NCBI GenBank assembly: GCA_965222615.1
Contig: CBDCUI010000008.1
Coordinates: 416,001-480,000 of the forward strand
Reading direction: 5' to 3'
DNA length: 64,000 nucleotides
Source: Gammaproteobacteria bacterium
GTDB taxonomy: Bacteria > Pseudomonadota > Gammaproteobacteria > UBA4575
The translations under genes and the position numbers were made by a program. This document shows, piece after piece, positions 9,672 to 20,348 of this stretch. The stretch's first letter is position 1, and each line of letters begins with the position of its first letter. The notes under the pieces were generated by a model, which saw nothing but the letters and a program-made list of their open reading frames with translations, was not told the origin of the DNA and searched no databases.

Positions 9672-10439
9672 ATGAAACTACGCGTCCTGGGTTGCAGTGG
9701 TGGTATTGGTTTAGGTCTTAAGACCACCTCGCTATTGTTAGATGATTCTGTGCTGATTGACTGTGGCACAGGCCTTGGAGAGCTGTCTCTTGAAGAAATG
9801 TCCAAGTTACAGCACGTCTTTATTACGCATAGTCACTTAGACCATATTGCAATGTTGCCTATGCTACTGGATACCATCTATGACCATCTGGTAGTTAGAC
9901 CACTTACTTTGCACTGTAAACAAGAAACTTTTAATATTTTGTCTAAGCACATTTTTAATTGGGATGTGTGGCCTAACTTTTTTGAACTGCCGAATACAAA
10001 GACCCCTGTTATCGTATATGAGTCAATGCAGCCAGGTGATTGTATAGAATTTCAAGATAAAGTCATTAAGATGGTTGAAGTTAACCATGCTGTACCAGCC
10101 TCAGCATATATTATTAATAATGGTCAGGCATCTATGGCCTTTAGTGGCGATACCTTTACAAATGATTCTCTGTGGAATGCATTGAATGAAGAACCACGCG
10201 TGGATGCAATTATTGTAGAGTGTGGATTTACCAATGAAGATGCGAATATTAGTCGCGATGCTAAACATTATTATCCAAATGCACTGGCGGAAGACCTAGC
10301 CAAGCTTAACCACCGTCCTAAAATATATATTTCTCATTTGCAGCCGGGTAATGAAGAAGAGATCGTTAAACAGCTCAAAACAGCTATATCAGATTTTGAT
10401 ATCCAACAACTCTCAAGTGGCGACGTAATTTCGCTATAA
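9672..10439 (+). CDS. metallo-beta-lactamase-fold 3',5'-cyclic-nucleotide phosphodiesterase (class II-like)
   Basis: MKLRVLGCSGGIG, THSHLDHI, FSGDT and ISHLQPG motifs. Confidence 0.85.
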   Translation: MKLRVLGCSGGIGLGLKTTSLLLDDSVLIDCGTGLGELSLEEMSKLQHVFITHSHLDHIAMLPMLLDTIYDHLVVRPLTLHCKQETFNILSKHIFNWDVWPNFFELPNTKTPVIVYESMQPGDCIEFQDKVIKMVEVNHAVPASAYIINNGQASMAFSGDTFTNDSLWNALNEEPRVDAIIVECGFTNEDANISRDAKHYYPNALAEDLAKLNHRPKIYISHLQPGNEEEIVKQLKTAISDFDIQQLSSGDVISL

Positions 10440-10502
10440 TACATTTTTAAAACTAATAACCTTTTCGTTAACCATGTTGATTAGATGCATGGTGAATAAT
10501 GT

Positions 10503-11861
10503 ATGTTTGATAATTTATCCAATCGACTATCTGGTACAGTCAAAAAACTGCGGGGTCAAGCGCGACTCACTGAAGACAATATTCAAGATACTTTACGTGA
10601 CGTACGTATGGCTTTGCTTGAAGCCGACGTAGCCTTACCAGTTGTTCGCCAGTTTATTGAAAGTGTAAAAACTAAAGCGCTTGGGCAAGAGGTATTAGGT
10701 AGTCTTACGCCTGGCCAGTCCTTTATTAAAATTGTAAATGACGAGTTGGTTCATTTGATGGGGGAAACCAATGAGTCACTAGCACTTTCTGCTCAGCCTC
10801 CTGTAGTTATACTAATCGCTGGACTGCAAGGCTCTGGTAAAACTACAAGCATTGCCAAACTTTCACGCTGGTTAAGTGAACAACAAAAAAAATCCATTGC
10901 TGTAGTGAGCTGTGATGTATACCGACCCGCGGCGATTCAACAGTTAGAAACACTTGCGAAGGAAGTGGGTGTGGAGTTTGTTCCAAGCGACACTACACAA
11001 TCGCCTGTCGATATCGCAACACATGCAATAGATTATGCGAAGAAACAATTTAAAGATGTCCTATTGATTGATACTGCAGGTCGTTTGCACGTCGATGATG
11101 AAATGATGCAGGAAATTATTGCATTGCATGCAGCAGTGCGGCCTACCGAGACATTATTTGTCGTCGATAGTATGAGTGGACAAGATGCTGCCAATTCTGC
11201 TCAGGCATTCGATCAAGCACTACCTCTAACAGGTGTCATCCTTACTAAAACGGATGGTGATGCACGTGGTGGTGCGGCTTTATCAGTTCGACAAATTACA
11301 GGTAAACCAATTAAGTTTATTGGTACCGGTGAAAAGACAACGGCTTTAGAACCTTTTTATCCTGATCGCATCGCTTCACGCATTTTGGGTATGGGTGATG
11401 TAGTAAGCTTAGTTGAAGAGGTCGAACAGAAAGTTGATCATGCTAAGGCGCAAAAACTTGCGAAGAAAATCAAAAAGGGAAAAAGCTTTGATTTAGTCGA
11501 TTTGAAAGCTCAGTTAGAGCAAATGATGAATATGGGCGGTTTGGCAGGATTGATGGATAAAATGCCGGGTACTGCCGGCTTACCGAAAAATGCCAAGGCG
11601 TTAGCAGACGATAAGGCTTTACCACGCATGATCGCCATAATTAATTCTATGACTCCACAGGAGAGACGTTTTCCAGATATCATTAAAAATACCCGTAAAC
11701 GTAGAATAGCTGCGGGTTCTGGCACACAAGTGCAAGATGTTAATCGCTTGTTAAAACAACATCTGCAAATGAAGAAAATGATGAAAAAGTTTTCCAAAAA
11801 AGGGGGTATGCAAAAGATGATGCAATCGATGGGTGGAAGGTTGCCGCCAGGATTAGGGTAA
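10503..11861 (+). CDS. ffh: signal recognition particle protein
   Basis: GLQGSGKTT, DTAGR, TKTDGDARGG, Met-rich M domain. Confidence 0.98.
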   Translation: MFDNLSNRLSGTVKKLRGQARLTEDNIQDTLRDVRMALLEADVALPVVRQFIESVKTKALGQEVLGSLTPGQSFIKIVNDELVHLMGETNESLALSAQPPVVILIAGLQGSGKTTSIAKLSRWLSEQQKKSIAVVSCDVYRPAAIQQLETLAKEVGVEFVPSDTTQSPVDIATHAIDYAKKQFKDVLLIDTAGRLHVDDEMMQEIIALHAAVRPTETLFVVDSMSGQDAANSAQAFDQALPLTGVILTKTDGDARGGAALSVRQITGKPIKFIGTGEKTTALEPFYPDRIASRILGMGDVVSLVEEVEQKVDHAKAQKLAKKIKKGKSFDLVDLKAQLEQMMNMGGLAGLMDKMPGTAGLPKNAKALADDKALPRMIAIINSMTPQERRFPDIIKNTRKRRIAAGSGTQVQDVNRLLKQHLQMKKMMKKFSKKGGMQKMMQSMGGRLPPGLG

Positions 11862-11998
11862 GCGCGCGGGCTATGGCTATGCAGGGGTTATTGCCTCCCA
11901 GGGCAAGGGTAAAAGCTTTTTTGGCTTTATTTTCGAGTGAATTTGCGTACAATGCCCGGCTCGATTTAAATTCAGGTTCATAAACTGATATTACTTGC

Positions 11999-12250
11999 AT
12001 GGTAACGATTAGATTATCTAGAGGTGGAGCCAAAAAACGGCCTTATTACCACATTGTGGTCACGGACTCGCGTAAGCGTAGGGATAGTGGTTATATTGAG
12101 CGCATTGGTTTATTTAACCCCATGTCTAAGGGGCAAGAAGTACGCTTTTCAATCGAAATGGATCGTTACGAGCATTGGCTGGGCCATGGTGCAAAACCCT
12201 CTGAGCGGGTAGCGAGTTTGGTCAAGCAACACCTCAAGCAAGCGGCTTAA
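11999..12250 (+). CDS. rpsP: 30S ribosomal protein S16
   Basis: [17 protein letters not shown]. Confidence 0.98.
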   Translation: MVTIRLSRGGAKKRPYYHIVVTDSRKRRDSGYIERIGLFNPMSKGQEVRFSIEMDRYEHWLGHGAKPSERVASLVKQHLKQAA

Positions 12251-12281
12251 TCGAGATTTCCTTTCAAATTCTGTCCAAGTT

Positions 12282-12797
12282 TTGGACCAAAATTCAAATA
12301 TCCAACTTGGTTTGATTCAAGGCGTCTTTGGTATCAAAGGCTGGTTTAAGGTGTTTTCCTACTGTCGTCCTAAGGAGCAAATACTGAATTATGCCACCTG
12401 GCAATTACTCAAGGCGGAGGAAACACACACCTATCGCGTTGAAAATGGCAAACAACATGGAAATGGCATTATCACAAAGCTAAAAGGTATCGATACTCGA
12501 ACACAAGCCGAAAAGCTAGTGGGTGCAGAAATTTGGGTATCAAAAGAGGATCTACTGGAATTGTTAGAGGGGGACTATTATTGGTTTCAATTGACAGGAC
12601 TAAAAGTGTTCACTACTGATGGAGAATATTTAGGAACGGTTACTCGCTTATTAGAGACGGGTGCAAATGATGTCTTGGTGATCGCAAACGAGTCTGCCGA
12701 AGAAATTTTGATCCCATATATAAAAGATGAGGTCGTTAAAAGTGTAGACCTGAATCAGAAGTTAATTACTGTAGCTTGGCAAGCTGATTATATTTAG
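12282..12797 (+). CDS. rimM: ribosome maturation factor RimM
   Basis: GVFGIKGW, YYWFQLTG, ETGANDVL; operon position. Confidence 0.96.
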   Translation: MDQNSNIQLGLIQGVFGIKGWFKVFSYCRPKEQILNYATWQLLKAEETHTYRVENGKQHGNGIITKLKGIDTRTQAEKLVGAEIWVSKEDLLELLEGDYYWFQLTGLKVFTTDGEYLGTVTRLLETGANDVLVIANESAEEILIPYIKDEVVKSVDLNQKLITVAWQADYI

Positions 12798-12810
12798 TCG
12801 AATAAATGCT

Positions 12811-13548
12811 GTGCACATTGAAATCATAACTTTATTTCCAGAAATGGTATTAAATTTGACTACATATGGAGTCATTGGCCGAGCCATTGAGAATAAGTTA
12901 GTCGATTTAAATGTACTTAATTTGCGTGATTTTTCTGATGATTCTAACCGCCGTGTCGATGATCGACCTTACGGTGGAGGGCCTGGAATGGTGTTGCAAT
13001 ATGAACCGCTAAAAAAAGCGATTCAAAAAGCCACACAAAATACCAGTAAAAGCCATGTAGTTTGTTTTTCACCTCAAGGGAATCGCCTAGAGCAAGCTGA
13101 TGTGAAGAGATTAGGCGCTTATCCGCATGTTGTACTTGTTGCAGGGCGCTACGAGGGCATTGATGAGAGACTGGTAGAAGCTGAAATTGATGAGGAAATC
13201 TCGATAGGTGATTATGTGGTCAGTGGAGGCGAATTACCTGCTATGGTTTTAGTGGATGCCTTGCTACGACAGCTTCCTGGGGTCTTAGGGCATGAGGAAT
13301 CAGCCATACAGGATTCCTTTGTTGACGGGCTGCTCGATTGCCCGCATTATACGCGCCCGGAAAGTATAGATGGACGCAATGTGCCGAAAGTGTTGCTGCA
13401 AGGCGACCATCAGGCAATTGCTCAATGGCGCATGAAGCAATCATTGGGTCGCACCTATTTGCGCCGGCCAGATCTAATCGCTAAAGCAAAGTTAAGCGAT
13501 GAACAGCGGCGATTGCTTGAGGAATTTATACAAGAGCAGCAAGACTGA
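12811..13548 (+). CDS. trmD: tRNA (guanine37-N1)-methyltransferase
   Basis: [31 protein letters not shown]. Confidence 0.98.
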   Translation: MHIEIITLFPEMVLNLTTYGVIGRAIENKLVDLNVLNLRDFSDDSNRRVDDRPYGGGPGMVLQYEPLKKAIQKATQNTSKSHVVCFSPQGNRLEQADVKRLGAYPHVVLVAGRYEGIDERLVEAEIDEEISIGDYVVSGGELPAMVLVDALLRQLPGVLGHEESAIQDSFVDGLLDCPHYTRPESIDGRNVPKVLLQGDHQAIAQWRMKQSLGRTYLRRPDLIAKAKLSDEQRRLLEEFIQEQQD

Positions 13549-13567
13549 AATTAAAGAGATAAAGACA

Positions 13568-13912
13568 ATGGCGAACATCATTCACGAAATCAATCAACAA
13601 CAACTAAAGAAAGATATCCCCAAATTTAGTGCTGGAGATACCGTAGTAGTACAGGTAAAGGTAAAAGAAGGAAATCGTCAACGTTTACAAGCTTTTGAAG
13701 GTGTGGTGATTGCTATTCGGAATCGTGGCCTTAATTCTGCTTTTACAGTGAGAAAAATATCCCATGGTGAAGGTGTAGAACGTGTTTTTCAAACACACAG
13801 TCCAATGATCTCAAGTATTAAAGTAAAGCGAAAAGGGAATGTGCGACAAGCCAAGCTTTACTATTTGAGAGGTAGGACGGGTAAGGCTGCTAGGATCAAA
13901 GAAAAAATCTAA
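13568..13912 (+). CDS. rplS: 50S ribosomal protein L19
   Basis: [26 protein letters not shown]; ATG at 13568. Confidence 0.98.
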   Translation: MANIIHEINQQQLKKDIPKFSAGDTVVVQVKVKEGNRQRLQAFEGVVIAIRNRGLNSAFTVRKISHGEGVERVFQTHSPMISSIKVKRKGNVRQAKLYYLRGRTGKAARIKEKI

Positions 13913-13914
13913 CT

Positions 13915-14037
13915 ACGAAAACTCTAATTTACTTTGATACTTTGTTAAAAAATGATCTCAAAATGCTCATTTACTAACGTGTAAATTCCGCTTTTTCGAC
14001 ATTTTTTGCCTCGCCTCAAAATAAATCAGAGCTTCCT
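13915..14037. mobile_element. MITE-like palindromic element, copy 1 (left end degenerate)
   Basis: Core tgctcatttac-N-gtaaattccgc; right end aataaatcagagcttcct identical to the right end of 53485-53700. Confidence 0.7.
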
Positions 14038-14049
14038 CAAATCATTAGT

Positions 14050-14087
14050 AAACAAAAACGCCTCGATTGACGAGGCGTTTTTGTTTT
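14050..14087. terminator. bidirectional intrinsic terminator after rplS
   Basis: aaacaaaaacgcctcg-attga-cgaggcgtttttgttt. Confidence 0.85.
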
Positions 14088-14170
14088 GACTGCAGATGTA
14101 TACATGTGAGATGAACTAAGTAAAATGCTATCCAAGTGAATAACTATTAGAGTAGATAGAAAGAGGTGTC

Positions 14171-14647
14171 ATGAATAAAATTGTTACAGCAACACCAATT
14201 GGTAAACTAGCGGTTATCTATGATAGTGATTTTGTGCTTGAAGTAAGGCAAGTATCCTCCCAAAGCCGTATTAAAAAAGGCAAAGAATCATTTGCTCAAG
14301 AAATCGATAAGCAATTACAAGCATATTTCCTAGGCGATTTACAAAAATTTGATATCCCTTTTTTGTTTGAAAACGCAACAGACTTTCAGGCTAGGGTGTG
14401 GGACCAAATCAGAAAAATTCCTTTTGGCTCAACTCAAACCTATGGCGAAATTGCGCAAAAAATTAAATCTGGACCTCGTGCTGTAGGGAATGCGTGCCGA
14501 CGCAATAAGCTATTACTGGTGGTTCCTTGTCACCGTGTTGTGAGTGCTACAGGTCTTGGTGGGTTTATGGGAGATGCAGATGGTAGTCTAGTACGTCGCA
14601 AACAATGGCTATTGAATCACGAACAGGAATATCGCCGTGCCGCTTAG
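14171..14647 (+). CDS. ogt: methylated-DNA--protein-cysteine methyltransferase
   Basis: FQARVW, IPFGSTQTYG, RAVGNAC, PCHRV active site. Confidence 0.95.
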   Translation: MNKIVTATPIGKLAVIYDSDFVLEVRQVSSQSRIKKGKESFAQEIDKQLQAYFLGDLQKFDIPFLFENATDFQARVWDQIRKIPFGSTQTYGEIAQKIKSGPRAVGNACRRNKLLLVVPCHRVVSATGLGGFMGDADGSLVRRKQWLLNHEQEYRRAA

Positions 14648-14791
14648 TAAATATAAATAATCGTTTAGGCATCATAAATCAGGATTTATGCACATAGGTT
14701 ATTTAAAGCTTGAATCGGCCAGCAACTGAGTTTAATTAAATGCATATTCACTATCTTAAGCATGAACCAGTAAGCAACCAAGTTTAGTTAG

Positions 14792-15493
14792 ATGCACGTT
14801 CATTATCTTAAGCATGTTCCATTTGAAGGCTTAGGGAGTATTGAGAATATACTTGTTAATAGAGGTTTTGCCTTGTCACATACATGCATGTATCAAGATC
14901 AGTCACTGCCATCGATTCATGATTTAGATGCACTTTTCGTGATGGGTGGACCAATGGGCGTACACGATGAAGATAAATATCCTTGGCTCACTTTGGAAAA
15001 GGGCTTTATTGAGTCGGTGATACAACGCGAAGTACCAGTAATTGGAATATGTTTAGGTGCACAGTTGATTGCCAATATTTTAGGTGCGTCAGTCAAAAAA
15101 AACACCTACGAAGAAATTGGTTGGTTTCCAGTTAAACGCACCAAAGGCTTACAAGATGAACGGGTTCAGGATCTACCCTTAAGTTTTGATGTTTTGCACT
15201 GGCATTCAGATACCTTCGATATTCCCTCAGGCGCATCAAATTTTATTGTCAGTGATGGATGTGCAAATCAGGGTTTTGTCTATGGAGATAATGTATTAGG
15301 GCTACAGTTTCACCTCGAAATGCTTCCCAGCAATGTGCACGCTATCTATCAAGAATGTGGTCAGCCTGAAAAATCAGGTACTTATATTCAAAGTCTTGAG
15401 GAAATGTTGGCGCCAACAGAAAAATTTCAGCAAGCAGGAAAAATTTTAGAAGAATTTCTGCAAGCCTTTATTTTTGCAAAAATGGCCTCATAA
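14792..15493 (+). CDS. class I glutamine amidotransferase domain protein
   Basis: HVPFEGLG, MGGPMG, GICLGAQL, LQFHLE triad motifs. Confidence 0.93.
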   Translation: MHVHYLKHVPFEGLGSIENILVNRGFALSHTCMYQDQSLPSIHDLDALFVMGGPMGVHDEDKYPWLTLEKGFIESVIQREVPVIGICLGAQLIANILGASVKKNTYEEIGWFPVKRTKGLQDERVQDLPLSFDVLHWHSDTFDIPSGASNFIVSDGCANQGFVYGDNVLGLQFHLEMLPSNVHAIYQECGQPEKSGTYIQSLEEMLAPTEKFQQAGKILEEFLQAFIFAKMAS

Positions 15494-15525
15494 AATAGTA
15501 CTACATACTTTTAATGGAGGATCTA

Positions 15526-15732
15526 ATGGAAGATAACAGTCGAAAAGATATACGTGCATTGCTCAAAACATTTGGGGTAAAAGCGGATGAAGCCATAGTC
15601 GGTCACCTGGCGAAACACCCTGATGTATCTAAGCTTAATCTAAAAGTAACGCTTGAAGATTTAACAGATTATGGTACTTCAGCCCCTGGTGAAAAACTGT
15701 CTCTAGAAATTAATGGTGAAATTGATCGATAA
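15526..15732 (+). CDS. small hypothetical protein
   Basis: GGAGG RBS before ATG 15526; co-oriented, 24 bp before htpG. Confidence 0.7.
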   Translation: MEDNSRKDIRALLKTFGVKADEAIVGHLAKHPDVSKLNLKVTLEDLTDYGTSAPGEKLSLEINGEIDR

Positions 15733-15756
15733 CGCAAATACCAATAACAATACATT

Positions 15757-17649
15757 ATGAGTACGGAAACACAGAAACAAACCTTACAATTTGAAACAGA
15801 AGTTGCGCAACTTCTACATTTAATGATTCATTCTCTTTATTCAAATAAAGAGATTTTTTTACGCGAGTTGATCTCTAATGGTTCAGACGCATGTGACAAA
15901 TTACGTTTTGAAGCCATTTCTGACGATTCATTACTAAATAAAGACAGCGAGCTCAAAATTCAAGTTGAGTTTGATAAAGATGATCGCACGATTACTGTTC
16001 GTGATAACGGTATCGGAATGAGTCGAGATGAAGTAATTCAAAACATTGGTACCATTGCAAAATCAGGTACTAAAGAGTTTTTGGCGCAGCTAACTGGTGA
16101 CCAAAGTAAAGACGCGCATCTGATTGGCCAATTTGGAGTGGGTTTTTATTCTGCATTTATTGTTGCTGATAAAGTCACGCTTATTACGCGCAGAGCGAGT
16201 CTTGCAAAAGATCAGGCAGTGCGTTGGGAATCTGAAGGAACGGGTTCATATACCATAGAAGAAATAGAACGGGAAAAACGTGGTATGGAAGTGATTCTGC
16301 ATTTGAAAAAAGAAGAAGATGAATTGCTAAATGGTTGGCGTTTACGTTCGATTATTTCAAAGTACTCAGATCATGTACCTTTGCCAATCGAGATGCGTGA
16401 AGAAAATGATAAAGGTGAGCCAACCGCGAAATGGGAGACAGTTAATCAGGCTTCGGCGCTCTGGGTACGACCTAAAAATGAGATTAGTGAGGAAGAATAT
16501 AAAGAATTCTATAAACATGTTGGGCATGATTTTGCGGAACCCTTGGTCTGGACACACAATCGTGTTGAAGGAAAAACCGAGTACATCTCACTTTTATATA
16601 TCCCTAAACAAGCCCCATTCGATTTGTTTGAGCCAAACCCGGCACATGGTGTGAAGCTCTATATTCAGCGTGTATTCATCATGGATGATGCGGAGAAGTT
16701 ATTACCTCGTTATTTACGATTTGTGCGGGGTGTTATCGATTCAAATGATTTGCCTTTAAACATTTCAAGAGAAATTTTGCAAAGCAATAAAGTCATCGAC
16801 AGCATACGCTCTGGTTCGGTCAAGAAAATTCTTGGCTTGCTTGAGAATCTTGCCAAGAACGAGTCTGTCAAATATCAGGAATTTTGGTCTGTATTCGGCA
16901 AAGTGCTGAAAGAAGGGCCAGGTGAAGATTTTGCCAACAAGGAACAAATTGCAAAATTACTTAGGTTTTCTTCAACACATAATAAAGATGATGCGCAGAC
17001 AGTTTCGCTAGAAGACTATATCGCGCGTATGAAGCCTGAACAGGAGAAAATCTATTACATCACAGCTGATAATTATGCTGCTGCAAAAAATAGTCCGCAT
17101 CTAGAAATCTTTCAAGATAAAGATATAGAAGTGTTATTACTTTTTGATCGTGTCGACGAATGGTTAATGAGTCACTTAACAGAATTTCAAGAAAAATCTT
17201 TTGCCTCGGTTGCCAAAGGTGAACTAGATTTAGGAAAAATGGGCAGTGAGGAAGATAAAGAGCAACAAAAGAAAATAGAGAAAGAAGCAAAAGACTTAAT
17301 CAGGCGCATTAAAGATGTACTTGAAGATAAAGTTGAAGATGTGCGCGTGTCTAGTCGTCTTAAATCATCGCCAGCATGTATTGTTTTAAGTGAACATGAG
17401 ATGGCCTTATATATGCAACATTTAATGCGTCAAGCGGGACATGATATGCCATCTACTAAGCCAGTATTAGAAGTTAACCCAAGTCATGCCCTAGTAAAAC
17501 GTATGGAAAATGAACAGGCTGAAGATAGATTTGCGGATTGGGCAAAAATTTTATTTGATCAAGCTATTCTTGCCGAAGGTGGGCAGCTTGAAGATCCTGC
17601 CTCCTTCGTAAACCGTTTGAACCAAATGATCAACGAAATTGCTGGTTAA
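15757..17649 (+). CDS. htpG: chaperone HtpG (Hsp90)
   Basis: [33 protein letters not shown]. Confidence 0.98.
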   Translation: MSTETQKQTLQFETEVAQLLHLMIHSLYSNKEIFLRELISNGSDACDKLRFEAISDDSLLNKDSELKIQVEFDKDDRTITVRDNGIGMSRDEVIQNIGTIAKSGTKEFLAQLTGDQSKDAHLIGQFGVGFYSAFIVADKVTLITRRASLAKDQAVRWESEGTGSYTIEEIEREKRGMEVILHLKKEEDELLNGWRLRSIISKYSDHVPLPIEMREENDKGEPTAKWETVNQASALWVRPKNEISEEEYKEFYKHVGHDFAEPLVWTHNRVEGKTEYISLLYIPKQAPFDLFEPNPAHGVKLYIQRVFIMDDAEKLLPRYLRFVRGVIDSNDLPLNISREILQSNKVIDSIRSGSVKKILGLLENLAKNESVKYQEFWSVFGKVLKEGPGEDFANKEQIAKLLRFSSTHNKDDAQTVSLEDYIARMKPEQEKIYYITADNYAAAKNSPHLEIFQDKDIEVLLLFDRVDEWLMSHLTEFQEKSFASVAKGELDLGKMGSEEDKEQQKKIEKEAKDLIRRIKDVLEDKVEDVRVSSRLKSSPACIVLSEHEMALYMQHLMRQAGHDMPSTKPVLEVNPSHALVKRMENEQAEDRFADWAKILFDQAILAEGGQLEDPASFVNRLNQMINEIAG

Positions 17650-17771
17650 GGAACCCCTGATTTCTCCTAATTCGGCGTTAAAAAATTGCTTTGAAATGCT
17701 CATTTACTAATTTGTAAACTCCGCTTTCCAAACAATTTTTTGCCTAGTATTAGAAAAAATCAGAGATTCTT
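17649..17771. mobile_element. MITE-like palindromic element, copy 2, starting at the htpG TAA stop
   Basis: Ends aggaacccctgattt / aaatcagagattctt; core tgctcatttac-N-gtaaactccgc. Confidence 0.7.
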
Positions 17772-17804
17772 TTAGTCCGACCAATTATTCAACCTTAATT
17801 GAAT

Positions 17805-18239
17805 ATGTCTAAAAAACAATTTTGGGAATCTAAATCACTTGATGAAATGTCTCAGAAGGAATGGGAATCACTTTGTGATGGTTGTGGGAAATGTTGTTTA
17901 ATTAAATTAGAAGACTCCGACACAAAAGAGTTGTTTTATACAGATGTGGCTTGTCACCTTTTAAATGCTAAAACCTGTAGATGTAAAAATTATTCTAAAC
18001 GAAAAGAATTTGTCGATGATTGTTTGCAGTTAGTTGCGGATGATGTAGAAGAATTTAAATGGCTGCCAAAGACATGTGCGTATCGTTTGCTATACGAGGG
18101 TAAGGAGTTACCGGATTGGCATTATTTAATAAGTGGTGATAAGAAGACTGTGCATAGTCAGAACATGTCAGTTAAAGATCGGGTTGTAAGTGAAGCTGAT
18201 GTGTTAGAAATAGCAGAACATATTGTTTATTGGATCTGA
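17805..18239 (+). CDS. YcgN family cysteine-cluster protein
   Basis: WESLCDGCGKCCLIKLED, WLPKTCAYR. Confidence 0.92.
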   Translation: MSKKQFWESKSLDEMSQKEWESLCDGCGKCCLIKLEDSDTKELFYTDVACHLLNAKTCRCKNYSKRKEFVDDCLQLVADDVEEFKWLPKTCAYRLLYEGKELPDWHYLISGDKKTVHSQNMSVKDRVVSEADVLEIAEHIVYWI

Positions 18240-18262
18240 TTTTTCTAATTTTTTTATACACC

Positions 18263-18520
18263 GCAAGAAGTGAACGTTCAGTTCATTGGCTGACAATAAT
18301 TAGGTTTGTTTGTTCATTTTCTTTGCTTGTCCAAAGAAAACGAACCAAAAGAAAAGACACCCAAATACCTTGATTTGCAGCTACGCTGCAAATTTCCTGC
18401 AAAGAATCCTTGTTTTAATCGGCACGCTGCGAATCGACATCCTGTCTCACGCAGCTTGGTAAACATCCTTGTTTACAAACCAACAAACAAGAATTCTTAT
18501 CAGCAAGGCATAATGGGAGA
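18263..18520 (+). repeat. structured intergenic repeat, copy 2
   Basis: Two blocks identical to 7219-7318 (reverse complement); long stem aagaatccttgttt/aaacaagaattctt enclosing two CATCC hairpins. Confidence 0.85.
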
Positions 18521-18535
18521 ATAAGAAGCGTGCAG

Positions 18536-18568
18536 TGAATGATCGCTACGGCCTATAGCGGTCATTCA
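18536..18568. repeat. cassette-type palindrome A1
   Basis: tgaatgatcgcta-cggccta-tagcggtcattca; contains the TGA stop of 18562..18906. Confidence 0.7.
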
Positions 18569-18906
18569 TACGGCTGAGTAGATAATGAATTTTGGAGTCG
18601 CTGTTGTTTTTTTTCTAGTTGGTAACCTATTTTTCCATGTATATGACTAATCGCTACTACTGTAATTAAAATAATTATATTAGCGATAGTGATAAGCGTT
18701 GTTTCTGGTTTGCTAATATATTCTCGATTTAGGTAAATCATGAAAGGGGCAATAATTATCTCAATACAACCAATTATTGCGAGCACTAATATCAACAAAA
18801 TAAACCCAGAGAATACCGAAGATTCAAAAACACTCCAATATATGAAAGATGCCAATAAAAAAAATGCTGTTAGAATAAAGATCTTAGAAACTATAGATAG
18901 ACGCAC
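18562..18906 (-). CDS. hypothetical membrane protein (about 3 TM segments), cassette-like gene
   Basis: Hydrophobic segments, AT-rich, bracketed by palindromes A1 and A2. Confidence 0.6.
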   Translation of the reverse strand: MRLSIVSKIFILTAFFLLASFIYWSVFESSVFSGFILLILVLAIIGCIEIIIAPFMIYLNREYISKPETTLITIANIIILITVVAISHIHGKIGYQLEKKQQRLQNSLSTQPYE

Positions 18907-18921
18907 GTTGATGTTTCTGTT

Positions 18922-18954
18922 TGAATGCCTGTTTTGGGTCGTTTGCAGCCATAA
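18922..18954. repeat. cassette-type palindrome A2
   Basis: tgaatgcctgttttgggtcgtttgcagccataa, same orientation as A1. Confidence 0.55.
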
Positions 18955-18969
18955 ATATATAAAGGCTAA

Positions 18970-19626
18970 TTACAAAATACTTGCTAAATGTCCGTTTTGG
19001 CCTTTGATTTTGTTGGTGTAATGTAGTTCAAAGTCGTCGATTATGGATTTTTGCACAGAATCTAAATTTAGTAGATTGTGTTTCCACTTATTTAGCTTGG
19101 GAAAGTCGTTCCAGTCTAATAACTTCAGTTTCTCGTTCATGAAATCTAGTCGAATTAATAACGGTGCATAAGCAGCATCGATTAAAGCCAGCTCTTCACC
19201 ATTAAAGTAAGTTGAATGGTCTAATGTATCTTCGACACGCTGTAAACGTTTCACACATTCACTCATTTGAGTTTTCATATCTTTTTCATCTTTATGATTA
19301 GCGATCATATAAAGATCAGCTAAACAAGTACCGCCATATTCAATCCAAGCCCGATTTTTTGCCAGTGTAAGCGGATCAGAGGGCTTTAACGTCCCTGGGG
19401 TTACATCGTCAATAAACTCATTAATTACTGCGGATTCAAATAACACTTCGTGGTCATCTACTTTCAATACAGGTACTTTGCCTAATGGTGAAATCTTCGA
19501 GAACCAATCGGGAGGGCTATTTAAATCAATAAAGGTAATTTTATAGTCGCAGTTTTTGTGGTTTAGTGTAATAACACTGCGTTGCACAAACGGACATACA
19601 TTAAAGCTGATTAGTTCTAAGTCCAT
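18970..19626 (-). CDS. glutathione S-transferase family protein
   Basis: CPFVQR, SPLGKVPVL, LFESAVINEF. Confidence 0.95.
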   Translation of the reverse strand: MDLELISFNVCPFVQRSVITLNHKNCDYKITFIDLNSPPDWFSKISPLGKVPVLKVDDHEVLFESAVINEFIDDVTPGTLKPSDPLTLAKNRAWIEYGGTCLADLYMIANHKDEKDMKTQMSECVKRLQRVEDTLDHSTYFNGEELALIDAAYAPLLIRLDFMNEKLKLLDWNDFPKLNKWKHNLLNLDSVQKSIIDDFELHYTNKIKGQNGHLASIL

Positions 19627-19687
19627 AATTATTAGTATGAATGATTCACAAGTGCGGCATTATACGCAATACAAGTAGAATAGAAAT

Positions 19688-20077
19688 ATGAGTGCAGGCG
19701 AAAAAATTCGAATAGACAAATGGCTATGGGCCGCACGATTTTTCAAGACGCGGGCATTAGCCTCAAATGCTGTAAATGGCGGTAAGGTGCATGCAAATGG
19801 GAAACGAGTTAAATCTTCGCGGTCGGTGTGTGTTGGAGATAAATTAGAAATTAGTCGTAGCCACTCCCATGTCACTGTAATGGTAAAAGCTTTAAGCGAA
19901 AAACGTGGCCCTGCAAAACAAGCGCAAATGCTTTATGAGGAAACTAGTGAAAGTATAGAGAAACGTGAGTTAAATGCTCAGCAAAGAAAATTGCTAAATG
20001 CGGGACTGCCACAAACAAAAACTAGACCGGATAAACGTCAAAGACGCCAATTACGCAAAGTAAGCGGTAAGCTGTAA
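19688..20077 (+). CDS. hslR: ribosome-associated heat shock protein Hsp15 (S4 domain)
   Basis: RIDKWLWAARFFKTR, RGPAKQAQMLYEET, RPDKRQRR. Confidence 0.95.
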   Translation: MSAGEKIRIDKWLWAARFFKTRALASNAVNGGKVHANGKRVKSSRSVCVGDKLEISRSHSHVTVMVKALSEKRGPAKQAQMLYEETSESIEKRELNAQQRKLLNAGLPQTKTRPDKRQRRQLRKVSGKL

Positions 20078-20348
20078 TAAAAATATAATCGATAATTCAT
20101 TTGTCACATAAGTAGTTAATAATAACCTACTAATCTTTAATTAAATTATTGCCGTAACTAAAGATATATTGATTATTTTTGTGTAATAAACTTCACTTGA
20201 CGCAAAGATGACGTTAAGAGCAATATGGAAAAAAACAAAAAGGTCGTGTTTCGATCAAGAAAACCATGTTTCAAATATGGTTATAAGTAAATTGTTCTGA
20301 ATGCGATAAGTTTTAGTATAAATACATTCAAAAAAACAAAGGCAGTCG

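Noticed and set aside
7219-18362. Possible CRISPR repeat-spacer (fixed 23-nt variable segment between conserved blocks)
   Set aside because: The two flanking blocks differ from each other, there is no tandem array, and no cas genes are present.
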